Source: Convolutriloba macropyga (lineage: Eukaryota). From it: DNA of 64,000 bases. The translations under genes and the position numbers were made by a program. This document shows positions 1 through 11,699 of the stretch, piece by piece. How positions within the stretch are numbered: position 1 is the first letter of the stretch; the number at the start of each line of letters is the position of its first letter. The notes under the pieces are model-generated. The model saw only the letters and a program-made list of their open reading frames with translations. It was not told where the DNA came from and did not search any database. The stretch spans positions 44,268,001-44,332,000 of the forward strand of contig NC_134480.1 of assembly GCF_964194025.1 (NCBI RefSeq). The letters run 5' to 3'.

Positions 1-1029
1 ACAAGTTTGAACTCTTACAGAAAATACTTGTCTAAAGCTCACTTTGAACGTTTTAAGAAACGAGATCAAGCAGCAATGACTACGAACAATGACTACGGAA
101 ACTCTTTACACTAACCGCTCCAAAGCGAGATCAAGTCCCTTTAATTGACAATATTTGATGTCCACTAACAGAGTGTTGTGCTAAAACACTGTTTCTAATA
201 TCTTGAAGTTGATTTTTTGATTACTGCGTTTTTAGATTTACATAACCTTTTCATAGGGCCGCTTGCAACTGATATTATCCAGCCCGTTGTTTTAAATTTT
301 AAAAATTTTAAATTTTAATGATGGTTACAATAATGGCACCACATGAAAGTTCCAGACGCAAAAAAAGTGGCCAAAGTCACCAAAAAATAGCAATGCTGCT
401 CATAAAAAGAACAGTCTGAGATGTGGTGAATAATAAGAAAAAGGGCAGCTGAGAACAGGCCGCAGTAGCCTAATGCTGTTCTGCAGCGATTACGCAGAAA
501 CCAAAATTATTAATAATAGAAATCAGTTTCTGATTTTGTCTTCAAACGACCTGATGGAATTGACTTAAGAGTGCGCGACTGCGAGCTTGAAAATTCTAAC
601 TTTGTCGATGCTTGTTATATGACATGTTGAACTTTTTCATAAAATGAGTTAATACAATGTACCAAATGCGTGGAATTGTATGTCACTGAAGTTGTTGAAA
701 TTATAACTGAGCATTCGGTTAAATTTTGCACCAAAAAAAAACAAGCATCGAGTGCAAATAAAAATACGTGCAGCATATAGCACTTTATATAGTGCCCATT
801 CAGCACCTCTGACTTGTTTTTTTTAAATTTATGACCTATTTTCAAAAACTCAAATATCTTTTGAATAAAAATTCTTGCTCATTCTGTTCACACCCCTGAC
901 CATTCTTCATACTTATAGATATATTAGTTGATCGCCGATACTTGTAATCACAATACAAATAGCACTCTTCATTTCGAGTGTGTGAAATCGGTGGTATCAA
1001 AGTCCTCCGTTTCAATCTAAACTGATAAG

Positions 1030-1186
1030 AGAAAGTCGCGTATTTAATAACCAATCAGCTGATCAGATAGTAATTTGAAGTGAACAAATATGTCTCGCGT
1101 TGTAAGTCGCGTTGCGTAATAAGCGAGGCGCGAACTGTTTTTGTTTGATCAGATCTTATATCATTATTTCCAAACACCTGGTAAAG
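1030..1186 (+). promoter_or_regulatory. CpG-enriched putative promoter and possible non-coding first exon of methyltransferase A
   Basis: Cluster of TCGCG/CGCGA motifs in an otherwise CpG-poor background, followed by a candidate donor CTG|GTAAAG at 1181. Inference only. Confidence 0.3.
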
Positions 1187-2739
1187 TTCGACAAAGGTGA
1201 AATAATTTCTTAGTTTGAGATCAGCTGTAGTGATTGGCCGATAAGGACTTAAGCCGAAAGAACTTCTCGTTTTCAGTTTGTTCTAGTTGTCTTTTAATAT
1301 CACCAAAGATAAATTCACTTTTCTTAAAAAAACTTTTGTAAGATTTCCGCGGCGTTTGAGTGTATTTGTCATTAAGCTGCCAATTTGTTCTTATACTTCA
1401 GTTGACCGGACGCGTTATGATTTCTGGTTGGGCGTTATGATTCGTCTAATCGTAAAATCTGAACTATAAAAAAGTTAAATTTTGCTGAACACCGAAATGT
1501 TTTTATAGTTCATTTTTGAATTTGTTTTTGTTAAGTGAACTTGGAATACATTCAAAAAGTTGTCCACGCATTTCGGAAAATTGCAAAGGTCAATGCAATA
1601 AATTTTCCAACTTTTATTTCAGTTAGTTTTATAGTGTTGAAAATAATCTCCTCAAATTTAATTCGTGAATCAATGATAAATTTAGGTCAAGCCTTTTTCC
1701 CGGAAAGTACAAATAGTCAATAAAGCTTTGGTTAAACTCAAGTGAAAGTGATATTTCGGCTATTTGCACTCCATGCGGCTTTAATAATTTCAGGTCTTGC
1801 ATAAGCAGGTGACCGTAACGTAAAACTTGGTCTTATCATCAAGTTAAACTTTACAATATCCCGTCATTTTCTTCCAATCTTTCAATAATCTTAATGTCAA
1901 CATGGATAGTAAGACAATTCTTTATCAATCAATAATAACTACTATTAACTAATAAGTACTTATAACTAGGATGACTGATTAAAGATAACACTTCGAAGAT
2001 ACCTGCAGATACTTTGCAAAAACTTGTCTTCAGAATCAAATCGAACCGCTCGGTTGAAAGCTGCGTCAATTTTGTTCTTCAAAATATCAAAAATATTTGC
2101 CTCCAAAATCAACTTCGAGCTTCAATTGACTCTTGAAGTAAGTAGTTTGAAAACGCGCTCATCTGTGTTAGATTGCGGCTGTCTTTCTGGAAAACATTTG
2201 CTAAATTTTGGGACAATTTAACCTGCTTATTTTCACAAATGAAATTGTGCAGTCCTGTGTTGTTGCTTTTTCAATTCTGTTCCGCTGTTTTCCATAAATG
2301 AAAAATTTTTCTCGAAATTTGATAAATTAATTGTTAATTTTGAACAAGGTGTCTCTACTATTAAAAGTATCTTTTAACTCCTTTAAGTTTAATCACGTGA
2401 CTGGGTTACATTAAAGCCTGTTGATGACCTCAGATATTACTAAGTGATTGATTTAAACATAAGTCATACTCTGAAAACCAATTCAATCTTATTCTTATGT
2501 TATCACATGAGTTGCTGAAAGTCTGAACGAAGTCTGCAATTTTGCTAAAAAATGCCACAAGTGTCTGCAACGCATCACAGGGGTGAAAGTAACAAAATTA
2601 AATTTGAAAATCAGTTCACATAAAAGTCATTTACAGGTAACTACTGTCAGAAATATAGTCTATAATTAATAGTGAAATAAAGAGGATAAATGTTTTTATT
2701 TTATTCTTTTTTAGATCTGAACATCAAAAACAGCCAACA

Positions 2740-5700
2740 ATGCCATCGAATGAAATAAACCAAGAATCGGCCAATAAATGGCTGACTGATTTGTGGTGGC
2801 AAGTTAAGGGGGCTGAAGACGAGAGAGAGTATTACAGTAACACTGCAGTGAACTATGAAGAGATTTCAGCCAATTTGGGCTGGAGGGCTCCTCAACTTTG
2901 TATGCAGGGAATCACAAATTATGAGCGCAGATCAGGTACAGCTTGCTGATTTAAGTCTGTACTTTCTCTGATCAGCAAACTGTGCGCTGAAATTTCTGTG
3001 ATCATTGAAAAATGATACTGAGTTTTCCTGATCAGAAAAACTAGTTTGAAACTATGAACCTTCTTTGACCAGAAAAAAAGCCATGATCATGATCAGTAGA
3101 ACATGCACACAGCAACAATTAGTTGTAATTTGAAAGGTACTTTTGAACCAATTGGCATTTGACAGAAAGTGGATCTTTTCAACATTTGCACCCCCCCCCC
3201 CCCTTTGGTACACAGTAGAGAATCGCCACCCCTTTTGTGCTATACTTTACCACAATATTATTTGGCCTACAGCTTCGTATAATCGTCTCTGATTGGTTAA
3301 TAAATCGCTCGCTGAAATTCTGTTCAATAATAGTCCCCCTTTTGCAAAAGGGGGGCAATTGTTGAAAAGATCCCAGAAAGTACTTATAAAGTAAGTAGAA
3401 ATTGCTTCTCGATTCTACAGAATTAACTAAAATTGAATTAATTTAGAAGAAACTTTGCACTGATCGGTGAAATTGCAATCAATATTTCTTAGCCACTGTA
3501 ATTTTTGGTCACGAATAAGATACATGAAGTGACATTCCCAGTCCCTAAATTAAGCTAGACAAGGCGCTCTTTTCAGTCGACGTAGTAAAAAAATTACCTT
3601 AATTCCTTGTCAGTTATTGAATATCTTTTGATGGCATTCAATCAAATAATCATAGAAAAACTTAAGTGACGTAGGGTTTAATTTCAAGGTATCACAATCC
3701 CACGAGATGGTAGAGCAATTGACATTGGAGCTGGAACTGGTCTGAGTGGTCAAGCTCTTAGAGACATTGGATTCACTGGACAGATTGATGCTCTGGAACC
3801 AACTGAGAACATGTTTGTGCAAGCACAACCCAAAAACATCTTCACACTCTGGTATCACGAACTCTTGTTGGAGGACAAGGTGAAAAAGTGATGATTTTTA
3901 AGTACAAAATGACACAATTTTGAACCATTTTCAGCTCGTGACCTTCGGAGCAAACATTTTGCGTGACCTGCTTTGAACCCAACGACCATGGTAAAACTTA
4001 CGGGTAAACTCACGGCAGAAGAGGCTACCAAATTGCAGGAGAACAAAACGCCCTTGTTTGGACTGTTAATTTACTTATATTTTCATCAAAATATTGTGTT
4101 AGGGTACAAAAAGGTATCCTTGTTCATAACTTACTTTATAAACAGGTTCGGAGAAACATTACCTCCATTAATCAAAAAAGAAGTATTTGATATGATAGAT
4201 GGCGTAACTGATCTTGTCAATTTGTTAGTATCTCTGCCGTGAAATTTTACTTTAGCTACATAAAAAATAAACTTTAACTGCAGTTGGACCTTTGGGAAGG
4301 ATAATTTTGAATTTCAGGAAACCAGTGTGCCTAGTAACACTTATGATTTGGCATATTCCGTGGGAGTCTTCAGCGACAGATCAGCAAAGTAAGCAAAAAT
4401 TTTCAACTATTTTTGTTTTTTTTTTCTCGAAACAATTTAGTTCAATCATTTCTTAACACAAAATAATTTGTAATTTGTTCAGACTAATTACGAGGACTCA
4501 TTCAATTTTCGCAATTCAACATCAAAGGTTCATCTTTTTTGTGACTTTGAGAAACAGGGAATCTCTTTGCTATACCAAGTATGATTAAGTATAACTCTGC
4601 TTGATTGAGTTATTGAACTGCCAAGCTAGCAATTTTAGTAAAACTATTGCTTCAAAGTTACTTATAAAAATCTTTTTCCTGTTAAATTTTCATAATCAAC
4701 GATTGTCATCGTCTTCAAAGCTTTGCGATCTCTTGTTTGTTCTAATGTTCCTCTACTTTTATCTGATTGTGGCAAAAAAAATAAATGAAGATTTTTACTT
4801 TTTGTTTTTGATATTTATCTTACTACAACCAATTGTAGACAGGCATCTTTTCTTTGTTTCCAATTTCCCATTGAGTTCATGTGAAATTTTTTAAAGCAAA
4901 TTGCACTCTTTTTGAAGATTTTATGCAGAACGTGTACTTCTTTGAAGTGTTTGTAGAAAATCATATTTGTTTAAATTTGACAAAATTTGAGCCGCCTCTC
5001 AACATTATCGATTTCAATGTTTCTGTTTGTTTTCAGAGGTTCTTAATTTGTCTTTTTTATTGTAACAAATGTCTGAAAATTTCAGTAAATTTTTCTCAAA
5101 AATTGAAGAAAACGTCGGAATGCTGGGCTCCAAACCTCCAATGATCTCTTAGGGCTTTATTCCTGTGTCTCCCTCGAAATGAAGTCGATTTAATACTGAG
5201 AACTTTTTTTAGTCATTCATGCTGAAACAGAAATAACGACAAAAAGAGAAAACAACTGAAAACTGAAAATCTTAGTAACTTTACGTTTATCTTCTTCAAA
5301 TACAATATCTTCAAGGCTACCTTTCGTTGGTNNNNNNNNNNNNNNNNNNNNNNNNNNNNNNNNNNNNNNNNNNNNNNNNNNNNNNNNNNNNNNNNNNNNN
5401 NNNNNNNNNNNNNNNNNNNNNNNNNNNNNNNNNNNNNNNNNNNNNNNNNNNNNNNNNNNNNNNNNNNNNNNNNNNNNNNNNNNNNNNNNNNAAAAAGAGA
5501 TAGAAACAGGAGATGAATGTAGTTTTGAATTCATGTTTTTGTATTTCATGTCTACAATAGTTTTCTTTCCAGTGGTACCACTCTTATTTTTCCAGAAAGT
5601 GAAAGAAACTTCAATTTTGGTTCGATAAGAAAATGTGGGCCTGCAATATAATTGCCAAAAATTTTCGTCGAAAATGTGGGATGAAAAATATCAATTATAG

Positions 5701-6207
5701 CATTGATACAAGGCAGCCGCGATATTGGCAATTTTTCGAGATTTTTGATTGAGTGTATAGAATATCTAGTAGAAAAAATATAATTGGTTTCAATATTAAA
5801 TGCACGCCATTTTATAGTTGAAAGCAACGGTGATGATTATTCCCTCCTCATAAGATATAAAAATCAATAAATTTAAATTCTTTTTATTAATTTTTGCTTA
5901 CCCAAAATTAACGAAACAAATTATTACCGAATAAAGACAGATCTAAATTTGTGCATACTTTTTATTAGGACATTACTCGCTATTTCTTTTTTGTTACAGG
6001 AGCGGAGGGTTGAGAGATTCGGTTCGTATGGTCAAACCAGGCGGTCATGTTGCAGTAATTTGCGTGAAACGACACTGGGATGGAGATTTGGACATCATGG
6101 CCCAGAAATTGCAAGAAGAGGGAAAAGTTGAAATAAAACACGTTGAAGTGTTTGAAAAATATTTTTATCATACCAATTCGGTTTCGTTCATTCTTCAGAA
6201 GCAGTGA
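2740..6207 (+). CDS. Class I SAM-dependent methyltransferase, METTL27/WBSCR27-like, paralogue A; join(2740..2935,3689..3879,4318..4388,6000..6207), 221 aa
   Basis: GT-AG introns of phase 1/0/2 give a continuous 666-nt ORF: ...YYSNTAVNYEEISANLGWRAPQLC...|RAIDIGAGTGLSGQALRDIGFTGQIDALEPTENM (motif I plus acidic residue after beta2)...|SNTYDLAYSVGVFS (motif II)|LRDSVRMVKPGGHVAV (motif III). Same exon structure as the paralogue at 34495. Acceptor TTTTTAG ending at 2714 implies an upstream non-coding exon. AATAAA at 6275-6280. METTL27 similarity is from recall of the family, not a search. Confidence 0.88.
3171..3373. mobile_element. 203-bp MITE, Merlin-like, in intron 1 of methyltransferase A
   Basis: TIR GGATCTTTTCAACA(T/A)TTGC...CCCCC at both ends. 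Perfect 8-bp TSD CAGAAAGT (3163-3170 and 3374-3381). GG termini with an 8-bp TSD fit Merlin/IS1016. A related end occurs near 35747. Confidence 0.8.
5332..5491. other. Assembly gap (160 N) in intron 3 of methyltransferase A
   Basis: Run of N. Confidence 0.99.
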
Positions 6208-7283
6208 AAGAGAGCATCAAGTGTGAAGAGATTCTGAAGTAATCAGAGAACTAACTTCCGAGACTTTCAAACACAATAAAACCTAGTGACTTGTCTAGTT
6301 ACTTGATAACGCGATCATATCTATTGCATTTCTTGTAAATATTAATTTAATATAATATAATTAGTTGCAGTAAAATTTTAACCTCAGTTTCGGTTTTACT
6401 TTATGTGGTCAATCTAACGGTCCACTCTTCATTACTTGGCCGAAGTCCAAAAAAGCAAATCAATAATTTTACGCGTTTTGTGGAAACGAGTGATAGAATT
6501 TGGTCAGAAGTTTGCTTTTTTGGTTATCATTTTCCATGATGGAGTATAGTTACTCAAAACGTAAATATAAGTTACTTAAATCTTATTAAAGAAAGCTTGT
6601 ATTTTGTAACCAGTATTCAGGTATAAGTTCAACCCATTTCCACAATTTTGCGCGTATAATTAGACAGAGTCATTGTCCAAACTTATTAATGGTTTTTGGA
6701 TCCCAGTTGAAAGACTTTTTTATTCTCGCAAAGAAAGATATTGGTAATTGCAAAATTGCTAATTTCCTTTTGAACTGCAATTAAATCCGTAAGCTAAATT
6801 TCTGAAAAATCGGTTTTCTTTCATATTGGTTCAGTTGCAAAGAGTTATAGCTGGGTACGTTGCGATTTATGGCGAGGTAATTGGTCATAAAGATTGACCC
6901 AAGTTTTAACCTTCGCCCCCAAAACGGGCAACGTGAAATATAGTAACCAATTTTGAAGCAAAATTGATCTAAATTAGGCTACTGGAACTGATTTTCGAAA
7001 ACGCTTGAAGCTCTGATCATAAAACTTGGGTGATGAGAAAAGGATCAAAATCTTTCATTTACGCGAGAAAGCTGATATTGGTCACGTAATGTTTCTGTTG
7101 TAATCCAATTCTAAACTCTACACGACTATCGGGGAACATCTATTTGAAGAGTGTAGTAGCAGGGAATAAAATGAAAAAGTTACAATACTAAATGGTAATC
7201 TGTTCCAGTATAATTTTAAGAATTTTCAAGAGAATGATTTAAGATGCAATATTTCTATTAATAACCAGACAAAAGGCCAACGA

Positions 7284-9668
7284 ACACTAAGCAAGAACGT
7301 AGAAGTTACGTAGAACAAGGTCAACTGCAGTTTTATAAAGCGAGCATAAAATTTAGATATATTATCCGATGGACTAAAACGCAATCAAAAATACCTGGAA
7401 ACGCGGTTATCAAATACAACGTATTTGAGATGAGGTGCTTATACCATAGCTTCTGGACAAATCAAGCCCTGAAAAAAGTGAATCGAATCAAAAGTAATAA
7501 ATAATAAGCCGCTGTCAAGAGTTTTGGTTTAAAATTGTAATACGTCTTGCCTATTTCAAATCTTGAAAAAGAAGAATAACTTGATGATTGCAGAATGCTA
7601 TTTAACCTTAACTTATAAACTGTTTTTGGAATTTCAACATCATAGAGCCGTTTGTAGATAAGAAAGCATTTTTATCGTTATCTGTTACTACTTTTCACGG
7701 CTAACCAGCTAAGAAATGAGTTTATGTAGGTACAAGTTTACGACGCATATACAATCTAAGGAAAAAGGTATCTGCATTGAACATCGTTCTAACAAAAATA
7801 TGGAAACCGAAACATGAACAAAAAATGGCTCTTTTCTTTTTCTTGAAGTCGAACTTCAGATGAAGTTAGCTGCAATAGATATTCATCGTAACACTAAGAA
7901 TGTTTACTTTGAATACATATATTGAGATCAATGGATAATCAATATAAAAAAGGAGATTACGATTATTTTCAAAAAAATTTTACGAAAAAATGAATTTTAA
8001 ATTTACGTCTCAATGAGTTTAATAATTTTCTCTTTCCGTAAAATTTCTTGATTTACCCAGTTTAATGAAATTACTGTTTAAAGTGAGACCTCTATCAATC
8101 TCGTAATTTTTTTATTGGATGTATATACATAAAACCAAATTATTAATATTTGTTCCATTATGTAAGGATGCCTGTTGGGGGGGGGCTAGAGTAAACAAAT
8201 AAGAATATACTTCGTAACTACACTCCGCGCTTTAACTCACTAGTTTCTACACTATAGGTAGCTCATTTTCTCCGCACCATTATTTCTCGGCTACATCATT
8301 TAAAGTCTTTAACTCCCAAGACCTCGCCGTTGCCCAAGTTCTCACTTTAAATATTATTGTTTTATTCAATTTTTTTGGGCAAATTTTCCACGAGATAAGT
8401 TTTTTTTATCTAAATACTGGTACTTAATTTCTGATACCTTTTAATTTCTAATTTTTTGCCATATCTAGCTGGAATACATGAGATTGTTGCGGACTCCAAA
8501 GGAAACTCCAAAAACTATCTGAAAAAGCAGGAGGATTTCGATACAATGAAACAGATTTTAAAGCTTGATGACCGATTGACTTTAATTTTAAATGTACTTT
8601 ATGTAATTTATACTCGAATATATACAAACGGGTTTACTTTTTCTTCAATTTGAAATCTCCAATTTAAGAAGGACTTATTTTAAACTTGACGTAGCTGGCC
8701 ACTTTCGATGGAAAGAAACATTTGAAAAAAATGGGAATGAATTGAAGTTAACAGCAACCTCATGTAACTACACATCTTTTTTTAATGGTAAAATTGATTA
8801 ATTTATTGAAGACATAATTTTAACAAAGTTTTTGTTTCGAGATATTTCCATCTATTGAAGAATTTAGGTGATTTACAGAGGTCTCAATTTAAACAAGAAT
8901 TTGCTTTTGAATTAGATAAATACAGATATTTTATTGAAAGAGAAACTTATGAAACTAATAAAGACGTAATTTAATTTTTTTTTTCGTTAATTTTTTTTGA
9001 AAATAATCGTAATCTCCTTTTAAATACTGATTTTCCATAATCTCAATATATGTAGTCAAAGTAAACATTCTTAGTGTTGCGATGAATAACTATTGCAGCT
9101 AACTTCATACGGTGTTCAGCTTCAAGAAGAAGAAAAGTGCCCTTTTTTTGTTCATGTTTCGGTTTCCATATTTTTGTTAGAACAATGTTCAATGCAGATA
9201 CCTTTTTCCTTAGATTGAATATGCGCCGTAGACTTGTACCTACATAAACTCTTTTCCTAGCTGGTTAGCCTTGAAAAATAGTAACAGATAACGATAAAAA
9301 TGCCTTCTTACCTACAAACGGCTCTATGATATTGAAACTCCAAAAACAGGTTATAAGTTGAGGTTAAATAGCATTCTGCAATCATCAAGTTATTCTTCTT
9401 TTTCAAGATTTGAAATAGGCAAGATGTATTACAATTTTAATCCAAAACTCTTGACAGCGGCTTATTATTTATTACTTTTCATTCGATTCACTTTATTTCA
9501 GGGCTTGATTTTTCCAGAAACTGTGGTATACGCACCTCATCTCAAATGCGTTTCCAGGTATTTTTGATTGCGTTTTAGTCCATCGGATAACATATCTAAA
9601 TTTTATGCTCACTTTATAAAACTGCAGTTGACCTTGTGCTACGTTACTTCGACGTACTTGCTTAATGT
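7284..9668. repeat. Long inverted repeat (foldback): arms ~7284-8098 and ~8870-9668, spacer ~770 bp
   Basis: For example 7441-7620 is the reverse complement of ~9350-9530 with about 9 differences in 180 nt. Inner parts are more diverged. No TSD found. Confidence 0.85.
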
Positions 9669-10876
9669 ACTTGCAAAGAATGTATGTTTCCAGCAAAAAT
9701 ATTATTATGATCATTATATTTTCATAATAATAATTCAATATTATCAAAAGAATGGCTATATGAAGAATATAGCTTCACATATAAATCGTATATATAAACT
9801 GCCTGAGCTGTGTACTGGTAATTAATCAAAACTTCATATTTGTTTTTCCTATGTTCGAAATCGATCAAGTCAAATAAAGGATTTTATCAGAAAATAATAG
9901 AAAATTTTTTGCGCCCGTTTTAATAAAGCAGAACTATGAAAAGATCCAGTGTTTATTTTTTACTTGTTTCGTTATGGAAGAGTTAATTCGGGTAAATTTT
10001 GATTATAGTGCTCCATGTTAGGCCTCAATTGGTTTAAAAAACAACCCTGAAACAAATTTTAGAAAAAGGCCAACAAGTACGTTTATTAGGCTTAATCTAC
10101 TTGGTATTAAAAAATAATGATAATGTAACGGCATTGAATCTCAAATATAGCCAACTAATTTAACGATATTAGGAAATAGGGAGCGTGATACATGATTAAA
10201 TTTTTGATTAAATTTTGTTTATACTTTAATTTCCATTCATACCCTCCCCGTTGCTATGAGCCAGACGTTGTTCATACATGATAATCTCGATAAACTTTGT
10301 ATCTCATGTTTGGTTCATATTGAGAGGTTGTGAACATTTCCTTACTTTTTTATCCATACATTTTGAATTGGTTTCTAAATTACTATTCATTCGGTAATTG
10401 TAATCTCTGATTTTAGGTTGTTAATTTATTCTTTCGAAACCTCATTAGCAAACGGAAATCGAAATTAACGAAATTTATTCTACTTATGCTTTCGCGTCGC
10501 AAAATCACATTAATTTTGTTATTTCAAATTAAGACGCTCGTAAAGCAATTCAACTCAAAAAAGATTACGCTATTCGCGTAATACAGGGAGTTTTTGGGAA
10601 CAGATGTTCAGTTCCTTTATGAAGAACTTTTCCTCAGAGAACACCAGGTTTGTTTGTGGAAAGGGAAGTTGGCTTTTTTATGCAGAACTAAGGGTGCAAA
10701 ATGCACCCTGGCTTTTGCCGCAGTCTAAAAGTAAACGTACCGGATTTGATTGAACCATCTAGTTGATAATAGCTGCCCAGCTCGGGGATTTTTTCCAAAA
10801 TTATGAACAAAATTGTGAATATACCTTTCTTGACCCATGGTAACGGAAAACACATTTAAAATTTTTGCTTTGTTCC

Positions 10877-11093
10877 TATTAATGAATTATGTTGGGATGG
10901 GGAATGTGCTTAGGACAATTTTGATTGTGTACTATTAAAGTAAAATTACATTTGATTCGTTTTGTTTTGCTTGTTTTGTTGCTATAAAAGGTTTTGAGAA
11001 GTCGACTACTTCCATCAGGTTTTGAAATTGAATGTGTTTTCGTTTTGCCGGCTTTTTCCTCTAAATCGATCAAAAGTCAACTTGTCCTTGACA
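10877..11093 (-). repeat. 3' LTR of BEL/Pao element
   Basis: Starts TGTCAAGG on the - strand directly after the PPT-like AAATGGGGCCGGCGA (11094-11108). Abuts the TSD GTTCC. Confidence 0.9.
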
Positions 11094-11699
11094 TCGCCGG
11101 CCCCATTTGCAGGATTGCAAAATGAATAAAACTGTTGGAGTAAGTGCTGAATCATGCATCCAGATGAATAATGAAATAATTTCAAAATAAGGGTAAAGGA
11201 AACACAAGGGTTCAAATCTAATCGGGAGGTTCGTAAGAACGAGTCGCTTAAATTAATAACGGAATTACCAAACGAAATAACCAAAAATGTCAAATGAGAG
11301 CCAGTGGGTTTGGGACGAACCTCTAAAAAATAATATCAAAACAAGGTTAAGACGAGCGCTATCGATAAGAATTTGCCATATAGCACAATCGTTGGCAATT
11401 GGAAAGCGTTATTTTTAATATCAGCAAAGTAATCGCGAATGTAGTCCAAAATAGAGGGGAATAAAACAAGGTAACACTTATGAAAGCGTATGAGACCAAA
11501 TGTATGCAAGCAATTGCTAAAATGACGGTTTCACAATGAAATTAATTAAATTGGTGCAAAAGGTAAAAAAAATTATGCTGTCGATGTATTGCTAAATTTG
11601 GGGTACAATAAACACAATCCGTTAAGCGCATTTCCGATCGTAGAACCTCTGGATTAAAAATTTAGTCAGGAAACAGTTTGTTCAACTTTACGACGGAAC

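Noticed and set aside
913-972. Possible first exon of a divergent gene (MKSAICIVITSIGDQLIYL)
   Set aside because: In-frame TAA after 19 codons and no convincing downstream exon.
5332-5491. Hidden exon of paralogue A in the gap
   Set aside because: Exons 3 and 4 join in phase and match the gap-free paralogue B.
10611-10876. Alternative longer 3' LTR using GTTCC at 10611-10615 as TSD
   Set aside because: LTR-LTR similarity stops at 10877, where another GTTCC abuts directly.
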